From Eremomyces bilateralis CBS 781.70 (Eukaryota), in NCBI GenBank assembly GCA_010015585.1, contig ML975157.1: a stretch of DNA of 64,000 nt, one strand, 5' to 3'. A program made the translations under genes and the position numbers. Positions 14,304 through 27,227 of the stretch are shown here, one piece after another. The notes beneath the pieces are model-generated. The model saw only the letters and a program-made list of their open reading frames with translations, ran no database searches and had not been told where the DNA came from. The stretch's first letter is position 1. The number at the start of each line of letters is the position of its first letter.

Positions 14304-14539
14304 GATGCCTGATGCAAATATGGATTGCTCTGCGGAGGATACAACAGCACGACGTTCAAATCAAGCGTCAAGAATCGGGAAAGTCAGAACAGAAATTTTG
14401 GTTGAGTCGGGTCACGTGGTGTACGACAGGGGTAGCGCGGGACTCGGCGCCTCGGCGATGGGCGACCCAACAGAACAGTGAATGTTTTGTATTTTCGTTG
14501 ATATCTCCCCTCTCAATCTCAGTAAATTCTAAATTCACA

Positions 14540-15271
14540 ATGGCTCCTCGCCCTGGACAAAACATATCTCTGACTATCATAGTAGCCGCTACGGCAAAAG
14601 AGCTTGGGATAGGCAATGCGGGCTCGCTTCCATGGCGGATCAAGCAAGAGATGCAATATTTTGCACGCGTCACGAAGCGCGTCCCTCTCGATTCATCGAC
14701 ACATATCAAGCCCGATTCCACTCGATGTAATGCGGTCATTATGGGGCGAAAGACCTGGGACAGCATCCCACCTAAATTCCGTCCTCTCAAAGACCGACTC
14801 AATGTGGTCCTCAGCCGAAATTCAGAATTTACCAACGCACAGCCTGCCACGAGTACCAGCCTTGGTCTAGGCGATGTCGTTTATGCGTCCAGCCTTGAAC
14901 ACGCGATAGAAGTGCTGGGATCCATGGGGCAAGCCCAGGTCCGGTCTGAGCTGCCTACGGATGAAGATGCTACTCGTCGAACAGCGACAAACCCGATCCG
15001 ATTGGGGCGTGTATTCGTGATCGGCGGCGCCTCAGTCTATCACACCGCTTTGCAGCTTCCCCAGACGAAACATATTCTTCTTACCAAGGTTCACAAAGAA
15101 TTCGACTGCGATACGCATTTTCCATTGAACCTGGGAAGCCGGGAAGCCATAGAATCCGGCTGGTTGCAGAAAAGCAAAGGCGAACTTGAATCCTTCATTG
15201 GGGAAGATTTGCCTGATGTTCTCGAGGAAGAAGGGGTTAAGTTTGAGTACTGTCTATACGAGCGAGGATGA
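14540..15271 (+). CDS. DFR1: Dihydrofolate reductase
   Basis: IVAAT..LGIGNAGSLPW, NAVIMGRKTWDSIP.KFRPL.DRLNVVLSR, VFVIGGASVY, FDCDTHFP. Confidence 0.97.
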   Translation: MAPRPGQNISLTIIVAATAKELGIGNAGSLPWRIKQEMQYFARVTKRVPLDSSTHIKPDSTRCNAVIMGRKTWDSIPPKFRPLKDRLNVVLSRNSEFTNAQPATSTSLGLGDVVYASSLEHAIEVLGSMGQAQVRSELPTDEDATRRTATNPIRLGRVFVIGGASVYHTALQLPQTKHILLTKVHKEFDCDTHFPLNLGSREAIESGWLQKSKGELESFIGEDLPDVLEEEGVKFEYCLYERG

Positions 15272-17897
15272 ATGAGCTTCGATGGTTTTGTTGGTTGCAT
15301 TTCAGGAGGCGATATGTCATCCCTCAGTTATGCGCTAGCTTAGGTTGTGAAGCAAGTATCTGCTACGCGGCACAATACATATCATCTCGAAGGGTCGCGG
15401 TTCTCGAAGCTCGAGGTCAAGGCTCCTATATTGAGGCGAGAGACGGGCTAAAATTAGGCTGTGCCTCACGGCTGGTCGCAAGAATCGAGCGGCGGTACCA
15501 TTCAAAACGCAGAATATCTTCTCATAGCAATATTCTTATTCAGCAAGAAGTTTGGTTCTGCCACATCAGTCTGTAAGTCAGAACCGAGACTTCCCTCATT
15601 GGGCCGAATCTTGGAGTCTAACCTATTCCAGATCGATCAAGTTATATTCCGAGCGATCCAGCATCAAGCACCTCAGAAATATAAGGTCATTAATTCTTCA
15701 TTTTGAGGAGCCAAATCAGGATCCCCTTTAAAGCAAAGAAAATATTTTGTCCAGAATATGTGATTGTTATAGCATTACAACGTGACGCTGTTGGTGTAAT
15801 AAGCGACTCGGGACCAAGAGCTAACCACTCGGCCAAAAGGCACAGTATTGGCGCACAGCCATACTGAGGGTTCTGCACCATAACTATGTACTACTACCTA
15901 TTGTTTTTGCTATTGTTCCTTACAGTTGGCCTACTGGTAGCTACTACCAGAGTGGGCTTCAGCACTGGATGACTTTGATTTGCTAATTAGCCAACAGTCA
16001 TGAGTCAATTTATCAGCTTCTTCAATCTTTCTTCAACCGTTCTGCAACTTTTCTTCAGCACCAATACCTACTACCGCGACCTTTTCTCGAAATGGCCATT
16101 CTTGCCCGACATCAAGTTTCCTCTTCGCCTTTGATGACCCAATCCTCCCATGCACCATTCAGAAGTATCACTCCATCAGCTACCAGAAATGCTAATCGCA
16201 TCGAGCTCTCATTTGCATTGGTAGTTGACGGCAAGGCCATCCTCCTAAGCTTAGAGGAGCAATGAAAAGAGCTTACCAGAATCTTCCCAACCACTCATAG
16301 TGCGTGGATAGGGTCGCCATGGCCCCTCTCAATCGGCCGTATTCCGTTGCATCTCACCAAAGAAAATAACGCCAAGGATCTCCTAAACAGAGGCAACCAG
16401 GGTCATTCCATAACTAACGCTCTGCCTCAATACAATCTCAGAAAGAGCCGTCTCCATCTTGCCCGGACCGCCATTCTCAATGATTATGACGAGGTACTGT
16501 GTTGGGGTTCTTTCGGTTTCAGCAGCCAGGCTCTCGAGATTGTTTCTCCGTGTCCTCTAAAATGCTGATTCGGGCGGGCTACCAGATATCGTTCCACAAA
16601 TACAAACCTGAACTCCTGAAGGCGTCGAGGCTGTCGGACATCAGCTAATCAGCACCATCGAACATTAGAATGGGATTTACGTTCTCGACTCGAGGTTTTG
16701 AAAACGAGTAGGAGCGCTAAACCCGAAGAGGCAATCACAGGTGCCCAGATTACAAAGGGCCGAAGTCCCCTGATATTGATCCCACCTCATATTATGGAAT
16801 CACGATTAGCATTACTCTGACGCATATTTTCCTCTAGTCAGCTTGAAAATGGCAAAGTCGGTTTAGTTGTCAATAAGGTCCAGAGCAGCCACCAAAGCTA
16901 TTTTATGGGAAGGGGGTTCATTTCTGGGACCCAAACGGAATATCTGCGTTTGGTTGCTTTGCACCTGTATTATCGCAGTTCGGGCAGGAGACCGTATTAA
17001 TGCGATGGATGAACCACCGCGAGAGTTTCTTAACGGAACAACCAAGGGAAGAATGTCTCACAATGTTAGGCAGCAGGGAGATCTCTATAGGAACAGTATA
17101 AAGATATATAGCTAGTATCAGAACCTACGAAAAATGGAGAGGAAAAAATAAAAGAAAGAAAAGGAAGGCTAGACAGCAAAAGTCAGTGTCCCGCAGCGAA
17201 ATTCGTCCGTGATTATGGTGGGAGGGCGGGGAGGCCAATGAGCCCGCACAGGACGGAGGAGCACTCCATATCTATAAGTGCCTCAGCAATCTTTTGGTCC
17301 CCATGGGGCAGAGCCTGCGCGGGCCAGGACAAGGCAACTGCCAAATTTCTTCTTAGATATCAGTGCTTCCACGGGGCGGATCCACATACTCTAATACCCG
17401 CCTACAAGCTGCGATCTTTCGGCCATGGACTGCCTAGAACTATCCGTACACAACCATCAGATGTAAATTACTGGATACGAAGTCAGGAAATATCTGATGC
17501 TGGTTGATGAACCCTCCCTGGCGCGAAGGCCCGAGGCTAGACTTAATTAAGCAAAGCCTGAGCCACTGTCGTGGGCTCGTGGCAGGGCTTTTTCAAACTT
17601 CTGGACAGCAAGAATTGCGAAGGTGACAGGGACGGACGAGGCTTCGCTACCTCTTCAGATCTCCTCCATGTTGTTCGGCTCTACATCACCGCGTCCCGAT
17701 GGATATATCCCCCCATTCAAGAGTGCCTGCTCGGAGGCAGGATCTTTGAAGAAATTGCTGTCGTCTGCGTGTTCGAGTTCGACGCGCTGGACCGGTGCGG
17801 TTAGATTCATTGCGAAGATATTCCAAACAAAGACATTCCAAAGGACCTAAACGCCCTTCCAAATGCAAAGGCACTATTATAAACCCAAGGGTATCAT

Positions 17898-19092
17898 TCA
17901 AGGCTTCGATGACGAGACCGCCTCCTCATACCGCGGCGGCGCCTCTGCAAAGACACCATCTGTGTCTCGTGCCGGCCTCTCTGGCTGTGGAGTGGTGGTG
18001 GCCGTCGTTGCAGTAAAAATATTCGACAGTTCCATATTCGTGCCATGATATACTGAAGATGGCGTTGTGACTACGTTTGAATACGTAGTCGACGTGCCAA
18101 CCCCGTGTTCCGTCGAGCCACCATCATGCGATGAGATTGGCTGGAAGGTCTTTCGTCTCTTCCTACACGCACAGCAGATATAGCAGCCAAGGCCTAAGGC
18201 GACACCTATGGACCCGACCACAATGCCGGCGATGTTGCTGGGGCTCAAGCTCTTAGATTGGGTTTTGGATTCGGGTCCGTACGTTGGAAGGCTACGGATA
18301 TTAGTCATGGTTCCATTGAATCGTGGTCTGGTAGGATGCTCACGGCGGTAGCGAAACGTTGTTACTGCGTATGAAATCGACGACAGCGGTGTCCGTAGGA
18401 TTCCATGCGACCACTACTCCCGACGCGCTCACACGGAAATAATTTTCCGAATAAGTTCGCTCGGCTTCTGTAAGGGTATATGACGATGGCCGCACGTCTG
18501 GCCATCCTGGTGTCATGCTCCATAGATTTGTGAGGGTTGTGGCAGATTGACTACATAATGGATAGTCATAAGTTGCCACTTTGGCGATAAACCTCGCCCC
18601 ATTGCTCGTCCGGGTTGATGTAGATGTCCAGGTCGGTGCTTGAAATCCGCTAGGGCAGCAAATGTACCGTGATTCCGATTCCGACGCCGATGGCCTTCCA
18701 GCCGTGAAACTTGCAGCATAGGTATAACCTGATGGGCATACGCCTGGGGAGTAATATCCTACTGAGGATATGATTTCACTGGCGGGCATCAGTTGACCTA
18801 GAGCGGTTCGCGTTGCTGATGGAGTGAGTGTAGTGTAGCCCGTGATTGTCGCATAGGTTGATGGTGTCGGTTCGTTGGTGTCAGTTGTGATTTGTATCAG
18901 GGCGGAAGTAACGATGCTCTCCGTGGGTGTTGCAAAAGCATTGGGTATGCATTCCGAATCGAGACCAATCGTGCTTTGAAATCCGAGAAAATAAGACGAG
19001 CCCCATAACGTCGTTGTTGAGAGACAGGAGCTTGGAGGGGTCCATTGTGTATTTAGTGCTCCCAGAGTAACAAGAGCGAGCGATCGAAGCAT
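17898..19092 (-). CDS. Fungal Ser/Thr-rich, Cys-containing single-pass membrane protein
   Basis: TQWTPPSSC, YYSPGVCPSGY and CCPSGF motifs; intron 18343-18292 joins two ORFs in frame; TM segment IAGIVVGSIGVALGLG followed by RKRRK; cytosolic PPRY. Confidence 0.8.
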
Positions 19093-19893
19093 GTTTACGC
19101 TCCGCACGAAAGTTCTGGATGTGAATTTCGTGGATCCAAATGGCTTTTCGGATGCCTCCCTAGATGTACCTAGTAAAACGTTTGCACTCTTGCGTTGCTG
19201 ATGAGTTGCATGAGTATGATCAGGTGTCGCGGACTCGACATCATTGATCATTCACGAATCACGATAGATGAATTGCGCTTATTTTTCCCGTTCACCTCCG
19301 TTCCTTTTAATCGATCTTAGCAAAACAAAACCGGAGGAACCACCCCTGGATTGTGAGCATAGCCCGAGGCCAATTTTACCACCTGAGTAGAGGAGAACCC
19401 TCACGGTTTAAGGGGACTGCAATACTCCGTACGAGGCTTGGGGATTGGCTCGCGTCCAAGGCCAAGAGTGGCTCATCGCCAAAACCTAAATGAATTAGAA
19501 GCTAGAGTCGTATTCGATCTTGGCGTGTCGATTTTGTTGTCCGTGCATCGATTGCCACGGCGAGCCCGCGAGCCGCCAAACCCGGCGGGTGTACATTGTA
19601 CAAAAATCAAAAGTACTCCGTAAGCTCTGTGAACATTCCAAATTCGTAAGCAAAGGACAGCATCCACAGGGACGATGAGCAAATACAGCCCGAGCAAGAA
19701 GAGGTACAAAGAGCCAGGAACTCATCATGGCATCGGGGCAGGTTTTATGTGCAAAGCGTGCTACGAACACCTCCGCGGACTCTGAGTATGAAGTTAGTTC
19801 GTCGGACTAACTTAGTTAGCCATGTCAAAACGCGCATTGATAGTTTATACTGCCTGTTGTATGGAGTACGTTAAATTTCAATCTTCAAATCCC

Positions 19894-19923
19894 AGCGTGG
19901 CTCATCTTAGCGTGGCTCATCTT
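19894..19923 (+). repeat. Perfect 15-bp tandem duplication (AGCGTGGCTCATCTT x2)
   Basis: Directly visible, about 155 bp upstream of the PIG-P pseudogene. Confidence 0.9.
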
Positions 19924-20078
19924 CTGCCCAATCATGTGGCACTCGCTCTGCCATGTGGGGGTACCCAGTACACCACGTCACCACAGCGTTCACTTTCCCC
20001 AAACTCCACATGACGACTCTACAATGTTACGGCGTACATCTCCAGCTGTCACTTTTATGAACTGCGCTCCACACAATC

Positions 20079-20864
20079 ATGGCACCTGATAGAGGGAACG
20101 GTGACCTCAAAGGTCTGCGATTGAAGTCTGAGCCGAGTCCGCCTACTCCTCCCGCGAATCGGGAGCCAGCCAGTGCTGAAGTTCCAAGCGGAACCCCGTT
20201 GTGGACAAGAACACCAGTTCCAGCACGCATAAATCCCGCCCCATGACGCCGGACTCGAGCGACATCGAGGAGCTTACGGGCAATGGAACGAGCACACCCG
20301 CGAGCACTGCGGCCGCGGTCGCCACGTCCGCACGAACCGCCATCACCGTCCCGTGCGCGTCGCCGAAGTTTCCCACGGACGGGTACTGCGGCTTCGCGCT
20401 ATACATGGTGTCGTCGTCCACGGTGTTCCTAATGTACCTGCTCTGGGCGTTACTTCCGTCGCAATTCCTGCACCGACTGGACATCTACTACTACCCAACT
20501 GATGGTGGGCGCTGGCGGTGCCGGCATGGCTCGTCGTGCTGCTGGTGTATATCTACGTCGCGCTCGCTAGCTACAACACGTAGCAGTTGACGCTGCCGAT
20601 GAAGAGCATTGAGAATCTGGTGAACGTGGCGGCGCAGATCGCGGTGGTGAACTCGTCGGGAAAGATTGTGCTGCAATGGGGGATCGGGCAGACCGTACTG
20701 AGAGACACTCCACAAGGAATAGGCTCGTAATTGGGGCGGTGATATCGGGGAAAGTTGTGGGCTGGAAGAGGTTCTGGAGTGAAGGGACGGATGCAGCCAT
20801 GGATGCACCCATTGGTGCTGTTTGCGAGATCTTATACAGCTCAAATGGTGAAGCCGAAAGCTAA
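20079..20864 (+). pseudogene. GPI19: PIG-P/Gpi19 (GPI-GlcNAc transferase subunit) pseudogene
   Basis: GFALYM..S..FLMYLLWALLPS.FLH.LDIYYYP, frameshift near 20498, then WWALAVPAWLVV..YIYVALASYNT with a TAG at 20581. C-terminal FWSEGTDAAMDAPIGAVCEILY is in another frame, and there is a further frameshift in the N-terminal part. Confidence 0.85.
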
Positions 20865-21555
20865 TTCGAACCTATCAGTACGATTCGGGAACGGCGCGTG
20901 AAATACCTAACAGAATATCCTCCCTTGGAGTGAAAGGAATTTGACATGGTCTCAATCATGCAATGGATTGCAAATGCATGCAAAAAGGGTAGATGAACCT
21001 GAAGACATCACCACGTGCTTTGATGTCGTTCCAGCTCGATTCATATAGAGCAATAATAGATGGACTTGGGTCGGATATGTCAGATGTGGAGCACCAACAA
21101 TGCGAGAACGAGACGTGAACAAGCTTGCTTCTCGCTACAAATAAACGGCGGAAATTGCATTTGTTTTTGCAGTCTCTCACAGAAGAAATGCGTCTAGCTA
21201 CCAGCAAATAGTGAAATGCTACTCAGCCTGGTCTGCACAAAATACTGCAAGCATGCGATAAATTGCATACGAGCACAACGAAACATAATTTGCTTGGCAG
21301 GCCACATGCGAAGCCTTACGAATTTCTATATTTCAAGGTTGGCTTAATTGGATGCTCTGTAGACATTCAGAGTATATGAAAATATTCTATGACGGAGAAT
21401 TAGAGCACTGTTCTGAACCCTAATGGAGACGGATAAAGGGACTCTAGAGCAAGATGAAAGGGGCATCTTTCCGAATTTCTCCCTTAAACTCGTTCGACTG
21501 GAAGCCTCTCGAAAAGCACTGGCTAAGTTCTCTCCTCTAGTGCTCCAGATTCAGC

Positions 21556-22879
21556 ATGTTCGCCACACTTGTTCTTATGATCTTGCCTTTCGCGGCAGCG
21601 GCTCCGGCTCCCCAGTCGCCGGCACAGACTTGCCCCGCGAAAAGTGGCCACAATGGAGCCATGGGCGGCATCTTCGGTATGGATTTGCCTGGCGGCGGAG
21701 GCCTTAGCGGAACTCTCGGCGGAACCGGAGGCAGCGGAAGCTCTTTCAACCTCAGTGGCATCTTGGGCGGAGCCGGAGGCAGCGGAGGCTCTTCCAACCT
21801 CAGCGGCATCTTGGGCGGAGCAGGAGGTACCGGAGGCTCTTTCAACCTCAGCGGCCTCCTTGGTGGAGGAAGCTCTGGCGGACTCGGCGGGCTTTCAAGC
21901 GGCGGCTTTGACCTTTCCTCCCTCTTTCCTGCCGGGGATGAATATCCCAAGGGCCCATTCCTCGTCTCCGATTACCTCTCTCCCGGCACCGGCCCCTATC
22001 CGGCCGGAATCATCAAAGACGCCGGCCTGGAAAACCACACTGTCTACGCTCCCTTGGGGCCGCCGCCAGCTGATGTCAAGCTCCCAGTATTGATCTGGGG
22101 TAATGGTGGCTGCACGTCCGCCGGCACGCCATACGGAGCGTTCTTGACCGAAGTGGCCTCGTATGGCTACGTCGCAATAGCGAACGGCGCGCCGGGACCA
22201 GCTCCTCCTGGGGTCGTGGACGAGGCGGGCAATTCAGTGACCATGTTGCCAGGTTTTGAGGATAGCCCGCTAGCCTCAGGGACAACTGGACTTGCTGCGA
22301 TGGCAGGGAGCCAGTCAAAGATGTCGGATATGTTCGGTGCGATCGACTGGGTGGTTGAAGGTAACGCGGCTCGATTTGGAAATGTCGATACGGATACATT
22401 TATCACCGCCGGCTCGAGCTGTGGTGGACTGGAAGCGTACTCGGCCGCGTACCAGAATCCGAAGGTCAAACTTACGGTGCTGTATAATAGTGGGCTCTTG
22501 GACGAGTCGAAGACGTGCCTCCTCAGCGAGTTGAAGGCTCCCGTGGGATACATCCTTGGTGGGCCAAAGGACATTTCCTATGAGAACGTAAGTCGCTTCT
22601 TTCTCCGCAACGAGTTTCTGTTCATCATCTTGCTAGGGCAAACGCGACTATGAGAATCTTCCTGCTGGCCTTCCCGCGTTCTACGGCAGCCTTGACTCTG
22701 GTCATATGGGAACTTTCTTCACGACCCACGGCGGCAAGTATGGAGCGGCAACAGTTGCACTCTTGGAGTGGGTTCTAAGAGGAAATGCGACGGCGAAGGC
22801 TATTTGGACTGTGCCAGAGTCTAAGGGAAGTTTGGTCTCTCAGAATTGGAACATTACATATAAAAATTGGGTTGATTAG
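21556..22879 (+). CDS. Secreted alpha/beta hydrolase with an N-terminal Gly-rich repeat region
   Basis: Signal peptide; LPVLIWGNGGC; nucleophile elbow AGSSCGG; GGPKD (Asp); intron 22588-22636, then GHMGTF (His). Confidence 0.88.
21704..21870 (+). repeat. Coding tandem repeat, 48-nt unit, about 3.5 copies (NLSGILGGAGGSGGSx)
   Basis: AACCTCAG(T/C)GGC recurs at 48-nt spacing (21748, 21796, 21844). Confidence 0.9.
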
Positions 22880-25019
22880 GTGCTCTTGAGACTGAGAGCT
22901 TTGAACATATGAAGAAAACTCATTGCTGGCAGTAGGATATACTTATGTTTTTAAGGGTTTGGGGGTAACGGGAGTTTCAAACGGAAATCAGCGCTATATT
23001 AAAGTACTCGATGCAACGGCGCTAAACTATAAACGGAAATTCCTCGATACCACCCGCATCTAAATATCTCCAAGGGTACGTTGTATCCTGGAACAATAAT
23101 CAATATAAAATTTTCCGTCAGTCATGCTCAATGGTCTATTGGGTCCCGGTTCAGATCCGCGCCCGACACTGTGTATGGTCTCGGCAGTTGACAGTGGATG
23201 ACAACTTAAAAAAGGGACCATATCCCAAGTGTAGGAAGGAATTTTAGAACCACTAGTTGACGCAGTACGATGAACTTCTATAAATTGATTCTTACTATTC
23301 TCGTTGCTGACGCTGTCACTATTCCTCAACACAATGGCCGACATGGGGTATCTTGTACGCTAGGAGACCCCAATTACCTCCCATTTGGCACTGTGGGGCC
23401 CGGAAATATTGGAGGGTTTCAGCCAGCAATTATGGAGAACCTGGAAATTGCACCTCGCAGCGAAAATTTCCTGAGTCAGCAAGGGTTTACTAGCCGTTTT
23501 GGCTCATGGCGCCTTGGCGACAGAACTTACTTTTTATATCCCATTCGTCCTGCAAAGTGAAGCCATCCCCAGATCCTCTCACCACCTAAAATGAATCGCC
23601 GGCGTAAAATCGCGGTGGTGCTGCTTATCTTGCTTATCCTGCTCAGGCGCCGTACGCAACAGGAGTGGTCTTGATGAGTATAGCATTCTGCTTCTCCGAA
23701 AGCGTATGCCACTTCCGCCGATCCTCGACAAGCCGCTCCTCCTCCGCATATACCGAGGTGACTGCAGGCATCGCACGCGTTGATTTGGTGATAGGGAAAT
23801 CAGAATGGGATGCAATCTGGGTTACAGATCTTGGGCGTTATGCAGGCGACCGGATCTGACGTTAAGATTGACAAATACGCTAATTAGGTCGGATATGGCA
23901 GTTGAAAGATGCGAAAATCCTGGAAATTGACCTAGAAATCTTTTTCAGGTCAACTCTCTGCATTTAGCCGGCTTATGAACTAATATCTAGCGGTTAGGTT
24001 GGCTAACTGGGTATGGCCATATAAAACACGCTACGCTGTCGAATTTTACACAAAACGTAATTTCCAGCGATCCACAAATGCTGACAGAAACCCTCCAATG
24101 CACCCATTACAGAGGTAGGTGCCGCGCCACTTTCCATGGAGAACTAATGCTGAATGCTTCGTCGCAGAATGGATGCTATAAAGGATGCCCGGAAGGCCAA
24201 GCCTGCAATCCGGTCTGCCCGGAGAGCAGGATGGGAGTTGCATATGCGTGTGGTTCTCCGAGGTAAGTGGAATTCTATAATTCATCATCTGGCGTCAATG
24301 TGTTGCTTACGCCTCTCTAGCCACAAGAACGACAATCCAATCTGTCTTGATTAGAGCGATGGGGGCAGAGCTTGGAGATGACAGGGTTTTGTCTCAAAGC
24401 GAACGACCAATCGTGGAGAAGGTGCTCTGCGTGTCGATCCTGTTAGAAGGGTTTTTGAGTAACTAACTTAATACTGTGTACATCACCCTTCCACGACGAT
24501 AGCCACGACCTCATGGACATACCAATGTGAACATTTGCAGTTTGCCCTATTATCTGACTAATAATAGATAATTAGTTCTTCTTCTTTAGCTTTCTAATAA
24601 ATGAAAGCGGTTCTCGCAATCTTCGCGGTTAAACCGTCTCTGCTTAGTACTTCAATTCATCGAACATCTTTAGAACTTTGTAACGCTCCTCGCTATTCTC
24701 AGAAGCATCATGTTCACCCCCTTTTCATCCATATAATAGCCAATGTCCAGTCCTGCCGCTCGATGAATCGCTGTCTCACCACTCACTCTTTGTAGTGTTT
24801 TACTGTGCAGACAGCAGGCGATAAAACGGTCATCCTGCCATGAGGAAAGGTCTCATATATCAAGAAGTGACTTAGATTATGACTTGACTAATAATGTAAA
24901 GGTATCAACATATGTGCAGGTTCTGAATCGCTCAGAAGTCAAAAGTACACCGACTTCGTCCCAGCACAAATGATTCCACCACATTGGGGGGAGGCTCTCT
25001 TTGTTACCCCATTACCGCA

Positions 25020-25620
25020 GGCCTGGGGCCATCACATCTATAGTGGTACGCGTGATCAGGCGCTTACCTCCCATAACATCAAGCCCGGCTGGTCAAAGAT
25101 AGGCTTGTATCCATTTAGTCCAGCCATGGTACTCAAGGATATCCGGAAGCCACTAGCCGAAATATACGTTCCAAACGATGAAGAAGTGACGGTTTACAAG
25201 GAAACATGCTCTAAACGCCAGTCATATTGGAGGGTCTTACCCTGCTCCAAAGCCGTATTGAAGATGACGCTCAACTGCTAGACAATCCCAGCAAACAGCG
25301 CTTACAGAAACTGGCGAATGTTAGCGTAAAGACGTTCTCTGAGTGCGCCCTCCTTCTCTATGAGAACCGGACCTTGTTCAAGCAAAACAACGAAAGTAAT
25401 CGTCGCCAATCAACTCTGTTAATGGTAGGTGGGGAGCCGAAAGTGATGGGTTACGAGGATATTGTCGAAGCACGAGCGAAGCGTGATGCGAACGAAGCGA
25501 TCGCGGTCAAGGGGAGAGGCGATTTAAAGCGGAAAGGTACTGTGTCTGTTTCGAAATACGCCAAAAAGACGGAAAAACGAAGTGGAAACCGCTGAAGAAG
25601 AAATCAAGACTATGGAGCTG
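25020..25620 (+). mobile_element. pogo/Fot1-like (Tc1-mariner superfamily) transposase C-terminal relic
   Basis: QALTSHNIKPGWSKIGLYPFSP..VL followed by QRLQKLAN..ALL..EN..LFKQNNE..RRQST..KVMGYEDIVEARAKR, typical of fungal pogo C-termini; frameshifted, no TIRs found. Confidence 0.75.
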
Positions 25621-25697
25621 GACAGCTCAGTTCCGACGTTTGTGCCAAGATCGGATTGATATAAGGATAAGTTCTTAGAGCTGTGCCTCTCAATAAT

Positions 25698-26301
25698 CTA
25701 CAGTTTCGCCTTCTTGGTAGCGAAATCATCCATATCCACTTTCAAAACGGTCCCCAGTCTTGAAATCATATAATAGAACCCCTGTAATCTCATGTTAGCA
25801 ATTCCCCACCCCCTCTTTCCAAGTAACTCCCAGAATCACACTTACTTGTAAACTAATTAGCTCTACGATTTCTCTCTCGTTGAAGTACCTCGTCGTCTCT
25901 CCCCACAGCTCATCCTTCACCTCCGGGCCCCGTACTATCGCCTCCAAGAAACTCAGCATCGCGACCTCGCGCCTCTCAAACACCTCATTTCCGCCACCAT
26001 TGGCAAAGTGACCCGCGTCTCGAGAGCTAGCAGCCTGGAGCGTCTCCCGCTGCGTCTCCGTGATGCCTGCCTTTTCGCTGAGCATTATGTGGTGGTCCCA
26101 TTCATAGCTCGAACCGAACCTCACGGATAGGTATAATGTCGCCAATTCTCTGAGCTTTCTGGATAGGGAGAGGGAGCGGAAATGGGCAGTGCCAATGGCG
26201 GTCCAGTGGTCGGCTGTCGATGGGGAGTAGGCAAGGAGCTTGACAGCGTTTATGGTTGGGCGAGAATTATATGTATAATTTGGGTATGGGAGACGTGCCA
26301 T
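25698..26301 (-). CDS. AhpD/carboxymuconolactone decarboxylase-like protein with C-terminal -AKL
   Basis: MARLPY..., LRELATL....RFGSSYEWDHH...AGIT, REIVELI; intron 25845-25782, then GFYYMISRL...KKAKL*. Confidence 0.85.
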
Positions 26302-27227
26302 TTTATTGCTTGCACCAAGTGAATGTTGAGAGAGGTGAGTGGCAGATACCTTTTTAGGGGTAGAAATGGTGTGAGATGATAGTCTTTGCGAAAGGGATTG
26401 GACCGAGAACTTTGGGAGATGAGGATAAGTTAGGCATACCACGATTAGTTTAGAGAGTCTGAACCTTGCTCGATTAGTGATCTGGTAAAATCCTCGGCTA
26501 AGACGGGTTGGGTGCAACGTGTGCAATAATGACCCCCATTCCATACGGTCAAGCCAAAGAGGGGAACAAAAGGAGTCATGTAGGGCGCGCTGAAGAGCAG
26601 ATGTATCGTTGTGTCCTAAGCTGTCGCCCCAAACGGTCCGCTGGTGCTATGCCGTTATTAGAAGCTACTGGAGTGGAGGCGTCCGATACGGTAGTTAGTC
26701 AATAATGTGATAGTTAACTCGACATCTGGATGAACGAAGGTTAGGACGCATATATCATCGCAACAATCTAACCGTCCAAGTTGGTCACGATGAATGGAGC
26801 GGGCAGCGGCGCGTCTTTATTGCCCCATCTGCTCAACAAAGATGGGACCAAATGGGCACTTCGAGCGGACTCCCGTCCTCCACCCCTGCTTCCTCCAGCT
26901 TTTGACCCCTTGGAGCATATGTTGCCATCAAGATTCCACATTCCGTGCTAACGTAGTCCGGGACTTTGATTTGGGTGTTATCGACACCAAATGCCCGACC
27001 TGTGCTGGATTTGAGAATTATACTCGGCATTAAGCCATGGAGCAACGCATAAATATGTTTGACCCTCTGGGGATCACTTCGTCTGGAGCAGGCCATATCA
27101 GCAGTGCATATATTTGAGTCTCGGTGCTCCGTTCGTTTACAGTGACATCCTATCCTACACCGCTACCAGTCAGACTTAGGGATATCAAAGAAAGCATCAA
27201 CACCGAGGACTCCGAGACGACGACATC

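Noticed and set aside
15700..17100. Short ORF fragments suggesting a decayed gene or TE
   Set aside because: No recognisable motif, so it cannot be assigned.
19495..19728. Small Cys-containing ORF with a signal-like start (minus strand)
   Set aside because: Short and with no family support; may be chance or a relic.
23270..23560. 96-aa ORF with a signal-peptide-like start
   Set aside because: No recognisable domain and the surroundings are degenerate; insufficient support.
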